A DNA stretch of 64,000 bases from NCBI RefSeq assembly GCF_963506605.1, contig NC_083290.1:248001-312000 (forward strand). Reading direction: 5' to 3'. This DNA comes from Zootoca vivipara (Eukaryota). Made by a program: the position numbers and the translations under genes. Below are positions 58,064 to 64,000 of the stretch, one piece after another (the stretch's first letter is position 1; each line of letters opens with the position of its first letter). Under the pieces are notes generated by a model, which made no database searches, had not been told where the DNA came from, and saw nothing but the letters and a program-made list of their open reading frames with translations.

Positions 58064-58849
58064 CTATTGCCACAACAGAATTTTGGGCAGAAGCAAAGAA
58101 CTGAGCAAAGCCCTGACCATCGAGAACCAAGACTCCTGCTGAGCCCTTTCGTCCCTCTGCCTTCATCAGGTTTGGCCCACACTCTCAAGCCATTCTTTAC
58201 AGGGTTAAGGATGAGAAACTTTGCCAAAGTAGTAGAAAGTAAGAAAAGTGGTTAGCAGTCTAGCATCTAGGTTATGAAGAAATTAAGCTTGGTTGGTTAA
58301 TAATTATTCTGTCCCAGCATTTGAATAAATACAAGGGTGTGCACCCACAAAGCATGTTATCTGTCGGCACATGTGTGCAGGGTGGGTGCTTAAGACTCCA
58401 CCCCATCTCATACTATCAGCACACCTCCAATCCCAGGACTTGTTTGCTGGCAAGAAAATCTTGGCTCTGCTAGGCTCTACCTTTCCAGCTGGGGCAAGCT
58501 TCATGGAGCAGAGGGATGTCAATGGCTACTGGCCAATGGTGATTATGCTCTGACCCCGTAGAAGGGGAGAGCGCTCTTGTACTCAGGTCCTGCTTGTGGG
58601 CTTCCCTTTGTGGACATTGGGTTGGCCTCTGCGAGAAAGGATGCTGGACTAGATGGGTCTCTCACTCCTCCCTGATCCGGCAGCCAGGCTCTTATGCTCT
58701 GCCTTACAGCACAGCTGGCCATGCAGAGGGTGGAAAACAGAAGGAGGCTGCTTTAAGAGGGGAGCTGTAACTTGAAGCCTGCTGATGGCTGGGCTGGGAT
58801 AGCCTGTGGGCTGGCAGCTATAGCTACAGCAGCCCAGGCAGATGTGTCT

Positions 58850-58939
58850 CATTATAAGAAGCTACACATACACACCCACACACCCACACACACCCTGGTC
58901 AAGGAGGACTGCAGTGGAGGACAGGAGCCTGAGGTAAGG
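58850..58939 (+). promoter_or_regulatory. SERPINF1: Putative SERPINF1 TATA-like box and non-coding exon 1
   Basis: TATAA at 58853-58857 followed ~75 nt later by a strong donor GAG|GTAAGG (58933/58934). The first coding exon begins with an acceptor at 61746-61747, so an upstream non-coding exon is required. Confidence 0.55.
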
Positions 58940-59852
58940 AGGTGCTCAGGGGAGCTTATTGCAGCTCCCCAGGGGTGTGGGTGGGTGTAAGGCTACTTTC
59001 CTTTGAGGCGTAGAGCACAGCGCAGCAGGAATCGAGAGGAGGAAAAGGGTGGGGGATATGGGAGCAATGTCCATTTTTTCACCCTCTTCTGTCAACTTGT
59101 GCCCTACTTTAGAAGTATTGTCTCTGCAACAGAAACCAAATGAGAGATTAAGAGAAAACACCATCAGCTCCACTGGTTCTGCCCAGGAGGCAGCATCAGT
59201 TAAGAGCCAGGCAACATCTCACTTTTTTCGCTCAGAGAAAGAAGGTCCCAGTGTGAGATTTTGTAAGAATAGGACTGTTTTTGTAAATGCCACCCGGGGC
59301 ACCAGGGTGCTAATGGCAGATTCTCTGGCAGCTGCAAAAATTCCACCCTGAGAGAACAAAGCCTCAGTCCACCTTTCAGAAAGAGCCCTGCTTTTTTTAT
59401 TTCAGACTTGCAGATGTCAGAGATCACCCACCACCTCATCTGACAGCTCCTTTTATCTTGCCCTCAGGTGCCTCTGGTGTGGATGGGTGGGGGGGGGGAG
59501 AGGTTGAGTCTAGACTCTTCTCCTTCATAGAAGCAACTTACAAGGGGGGGGGGGGGACGACCACCCTGTCCCAGGAACCACCCAATGTTGGCTAAAGTAG
59601 TTCTTATTTTTCTCATTTTGGCTGTGTGCTTAAGTTTTGTGCTAATGGGCTCCAGATGTCTAGGCCCACTCAAGGAAGCAAGCAAGCAAGCACAGTTTCA
59701 GCATAAGTTCTTGGCAAATGTGGAAATTCTCAGCCTGGCAATGGTGATCAAGCTGGAGTATGTTCATCTCCTTTCTGAGGCCCTCTTCCCCAGCGTGGAA
59801 TGGGGTTAGGACCAACATGCCAATAGCCATTTGCATCTAAATAAGGCAACAC

Positions 59853-60064
59853 ACCTCATGAGAAGACTCCCTGGAAAATGCTCTGATGTTGGGAAAGATT
59901 GAGGACACATGGAGAAGGGGATGACAGAGGACGAGATGGTTGGACAGTGTTCTCGAAGCTACTAACATGAGTTTGACCAAACTACGGGAGGCAGTGGAAG
60001 ACAGGAGTGCCTGCCGTGCTCTGGTCCATGGGGTCACGAAGAGTCGGATACGACTAAACAACAA
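59853..60064 (+). mobile_element. BovB (RTE clade) LINE 3' fragment
   Basis: GACTCCCTGGAAAA...CTGATGTTGGGAAAGATTGAGG...GAGATGGTTGGACAG...GGTCCATGGGGTCACGAAGAGTCGGATACGACT is the characteristic BovB 3' end. Confidence 0.85.
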
Positions 60065-60374
60065 GGCAAAACACACACACACTTTTCTCTGGTCACCACA
60101 CACAATTAGGGAAGGGAGTGAGAATAAAACTGCCAATGACATGCCATTATAAAAATCTATGGTGTGGCAGCATTTGGAATATTGTGTTCGGTTCTGGTTG
60201 CTTCACAAGAAAGGGATATTGGAGAGCTGGAAAAGGTTCAGGAAAGGGCAATGCAACTTCCCGCTATGACATTTGGGAAAGGCAACTAAGAAGAGACCTG
60301 ATAGAGGTGTCTAAAACCAAGCATGGCGTGGAGAAAGTGGATAGAGAGAAGTTTCTCTTCCTCTCTTTTAAGAC

Positions 60375-60755
60375 TATGAGGAACGGCTTAGGGAGCTAGG
60401 TATGTTTAGCCTGGAGAAGGTTAAGGGGTGATATGATAGCCATGTTCAAATATATGAAAGGATGTCATATGGAGGAGGGAGAAAGATTGTTTTCTGCTGC
60501 TCCAGAGAAGCGGACACGGAGCAACGGATTCAAACTTCAAGAAAGAAGATTCCACCTAAACATTAGGAAGAACTTCCTGACAGTAAGAGCTGTTCGGCAG
60601 TGGAATTCGCTACCAAGGAGTGTGGTGGAGTCTCCTTCTTTGGAGGTCTTTAAGCAGAGGCTTGACAGGTATATGTCAATAATGCTTTGATAGTGTTTCC
60701 TGCTTGGGTTGGACTGGATGGCCCTTGTGGTCTCTTCCAACTCTATGATTCTATA
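60375..60755 (+). mobile_element. Young CR1 3' fragment, preceded by an older CR1 piece at ~60130-60370
   Basis: Near-identical to the 3' end of the 48985-50045 copy. Confidence 0.9.
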
Positions 60756-61755
60756 ACTTATGGGCGTGCAATTAGGCTGATTGTTGGAAGATTCAGGGCA
60801 GACGAAAGAAAACCCTTCTCTATGGAACTCCCTTCTGCAAGAGGCAGTGATGGCCACCAACCTGAATGGCTTTAAAAGAGGATTAGAGAAATTCACAGAG
60901 AGTATGCCTCTCCATACTGGGAATCACAAGTGGGGAGGCAAGTGTGCTTGAGACATGATCACTCTAGATCTGCAGTAATTTGAAACTTTTGTGCCATCCT
61001 GGTGATTTGGCTGCCTTCCCTTTAATTGTAGCCTTTTAAAGACTTAACTACTATTTCCACATAGCCCTTGTGGCGCCAGCTGTCAGGGACGTGGCTTTGG
61101 TGTCTGCTGGGGTTACAGGCTACCCTTTGGACTGGATACGGCATTATCTGAGTCTGTCCCCTGCAAACACAAGTGATGAATTAATGCCAAGATTCTGCAA
61201 AACAAGAGGTCTGCTTCCCCTGCCCCAGTCCATTTGTCCCATTAGGGACTGAAGGACTCACAACAAGGGAAAGAGGTGCCTGTGGCAGTCCAAGGAATTG
61301 CTGGTCTGGAGTTATTGCACAAATTATTAGAAGTTATAGGGAAGTCTTTCCCGAGGAATACTCAGCTTTGTTACTGGGGCAAAGTTAAAAGCTCAAGGTT
61401 TCGATTCATGTTTAGATCCGTGACAAGTATTGGACTTAAGCTGTGATTCTTTCATTGTTTCTTGCTTGGAAGGGGGGTTGGAAATACGGTAGTAAATATC
61501 ACTTGTAGTTTTATTGCTTCTGCTGGCTCATGGGAGCAGGGCAATTAGTAAGACATCAGCAGGTACCAAAGCCAATGCCCACTGCAGTCTTCTCTTTAAT
61601 TAAACAGGAAGTGAGTTTTTTTAAAAAAATTAAAGTCCTGGGGAAATGAGTTCCTGCCTCAGTGCTCTGTCCTGTATTTGCAGCTCCAGCTCCAGAGAAA
61701 AGGCTGAGGTGGACAGCAGTTAAACTTGTTCCTTCTTTCCTCTCCAGGCCCCGCC

Positions 61756-63848
61756 ATGCGACATCTGGTGGTTCTTCTGTGGCTGGGACTCCTAGCCATC
61801 TCCTGCAGAAGCCAGGACTCTGGTACCAGGAGCAGCCCACAGGTCTGTCCGAGGCTTCAGGGCTCCTCCCAAAATGCTGAACATGACCTCTGAGGCATTC
61901 TGCATGTACCCTTTTGCTTAAAAACTAGCAAAAAGGGACTAGGGACTGGCTGCATAACCTAGCCTAGCCCATGGGAAGCTGGGGGTGAAAACCCCTATGC
62001 TGCCTTCTCACTTTTGTACTTTGAGAAGTCCCTAGGATGTTTCTACAGCAGCCCCTGTTAACCTGATGCCCTCCAGATGTTTTAGACTACATCTCCCATC
62101 AACCCTTGTCCAAAACATCTGGAGGGCATGGTGGTGGCAAAGGCTCTCTTTAAGGCATTCAGGCAAATGGAAGGAGTCTTAGGGAGGGGACTCCCCTTTC
62201 ATAGCGCAATGGGACAATTCTGAGCAAGCAAATTTTGCCTTTCACAGGATTCTGAACCCGACAACACAGAGGGAGCTGAGGAGGAGGACCCCTTTTTCAA
62301 GAGTCCTGTGAACAAGCTGGCAGCTGCAGTCTCCAACTTTGGCTATGACCTGTACCGTCAGCAATCCAGCCAGGCTCCCAGCGCCAACGTCCTGCTATCC
62401 CCCTTCAGCATTGCCACTGCTCTCTCGGGCATTTCCCTTGGTGAGCTTATTTCTGTTCCATCCTTTCCTAACTTCACCCATCCCAGGAAGGCAAACTTCA
62501 CAGGCCTTTTTCTTTGTGGTTCATAGGGGCAGGAGAACGGACTGAAGGTATAATATCTCGCGCTCTGTTCTACGACATGCTTGACAAAGCCGGGATCCAC
62601 AGCACATACAAGGAGCTCCTGACCACCATGGCGGCTCCCTCCAAAGGCCTGAAGAGCGTCTTCCGCCTCATCATGGAGAGAAGTAAACCTTGTGACCCTG
62701 CTCCCCATGTTACAGGGGGTGGCAAAGAGGGACCCCAAGGCAGAGTGGACAACCATTGGGAACATGGTCCAGCAAGCAGCAATTCCTGGTCCCCAAAATC
62801 AAACCATCCTTACTTGCAGGATGTCCCCATTTGCCTTGGTAGGATTGGCTATGTGGGCAGCAGGTGCCGCCTAACCTAGCCACTCTATAAAAAGTCTGTC
62901 AGGCTGTTTGGAGCCAGTGAGCACCAGCCCAACCTGAAAGTCCAAGGCAGAAAAGAAAACTTATTAACGCTTGCCTTCTGCACGATTCTCACATGGAACC
63001 CAGAGGGCGCAGGGAGATTGTTCTTAGATTTTTCTACAAAACAGTTCCTGTTGAGAACTGCTAAAGTTACTTCAGATTTAGTGCCTGGAAGGGTTTCATT
63101 GGCCGCAGGCCTCTGGGCAAGTGGCTCTATATAAGTAGTCTGGACCAGGTCACCTTTGGCTGCTTCCACATCTGCGGCTGCATGAATACAGGCTGTTAAG
63201 ACATCACCTCCAAGTACTGAGCAGGCTGGGAGCTTTCTGGTCTCACCCCTTCCCACTCCCCTAGGGCTGAAAATGAAAATTGGGTTTGTGAACGAGCTGG
63301 ACAAGACCTATGGAGTCCGCCCCAGAGTGCTGAGTGGAAACGCCCGGGCGGACCTGCAAGAGATCAACAACTGGGTGCAGCAGCGGACCGGCGGGAAGGT
63401 CACGAGGTTCTTTGGCGAGATCCCTGCTGGAATTAGCATCCTGCTCCTTGGGGCAGCCTATTTCAAAGGTAAGGGGAGACACGCTGAGAGAGATGCTCAA
63501 GGAAAGGAGAAGGTAAGGTCCAGTGACGGGCACCTTGGAGTGACAAGAGGTGTCTCCAATTCCTTGAGGTTAGGATCAGAGGAAGGTGAAGGCTGGGCTG
63601 TGTCTTCTGCTTCTCCCCAGGGGGAGTCACTGTTCCTGCTGAAGCTTTTCAGAGGAGGAGGGAATTGGGAACTCGATAACATTTCTCCACCTTCTCTAAC
63701 CACAGGGCAGTGGGTCACCAGGTTTGACACCAGGCTGACTAAGCTGCAGGACTTCTACCTGGAAGAAGGCCGGACGGTGAAAGTGCCCACGATGTCAGAT
63801 CCCAAAGCCATCCTCAAGTACGGCTTTGACTCTGAGCTCAACTGCAAG
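61756..63848 (+). CDS. SERPINF1: Pigment epithelium-derived factor (serpin F1), 5' part; remaining exons lie beyond the window
   Basis: Exons 61756-61842 (signal peptide [17 protein letters not shown]), 62248-62440 ([27 protein letters not shown]...[14 protein letters not shown]), 62527-62682, 63265-63468 ([10 protein letters not shown]...[11 protein letters not shown]), 63706-63848 (QWVTRFD...[11 protein letters not shown]). Confidence 0.96.
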
Positions 63849-64000
63849 GTCAGTACAGGAAGCAGACCCTGCATAAAGTGTCTCCCAGCCAGCTTCACAG
63901 TATAAGGGCAGGCAGGCAGGCTTTCCTTCACCAGTTGCTCCCTCTCATCACTAAATTTGTGACAGGAAGGGAATGGCTTCATTTGGCCAGCTAAACCAGG

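Overview
Eukaryotic genomic DNA, GC-rich and intron-dense. It is almost certainly from a squamate reptile, probably a lacertid lizard, judging by Sauria SINEs with (ACCTTT)n tails, BovB, young CR1 LINEs and Penelope-type remnants. The window matches the vertebrate MIR22-WDR81-SERPINF2-SERPINF1 synteny block (human 17p13.3). From left to right: an intact 18-coding-exon AIFM3-like Rieske[2Fe-2S]/FAD-NAD oxidoreductase gene (+, 3689-13235, 532 aa) that has no counterpart I know of at the human locus; the miR-22 hairpin and its CpG-island promoter (-); WDR81 (+, 1919 aa, 10 coding exons plus a separate first exon); SERPINF2/alpha-2-antiplasmin (+, 518 aa); and the first five coding exons of SERPINF1/PEDF (+, truncated by the window end). 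All exon chains were assembled by hand and are phase-consistent. Most ORFs in the supplied track are shadows of GC-rich sequence or TE fragments. The best leads are: the AIFM3-like paralogue (with a GC-AG intron next to an inverted SINE pair); a minimal type I hammerhead ribozyme in a Penelope remnant upstream of WDR81; a strong-Kozak upstream ATG that is in frame with WDR81 but blocked by one TGA; a divergent CTCF motif pair; and a divergent antiplasmin (shorter reactive loop, no C-terminal Lys, long acidic N-terminus). Comparisons with human sequences are from memory, not from searches.
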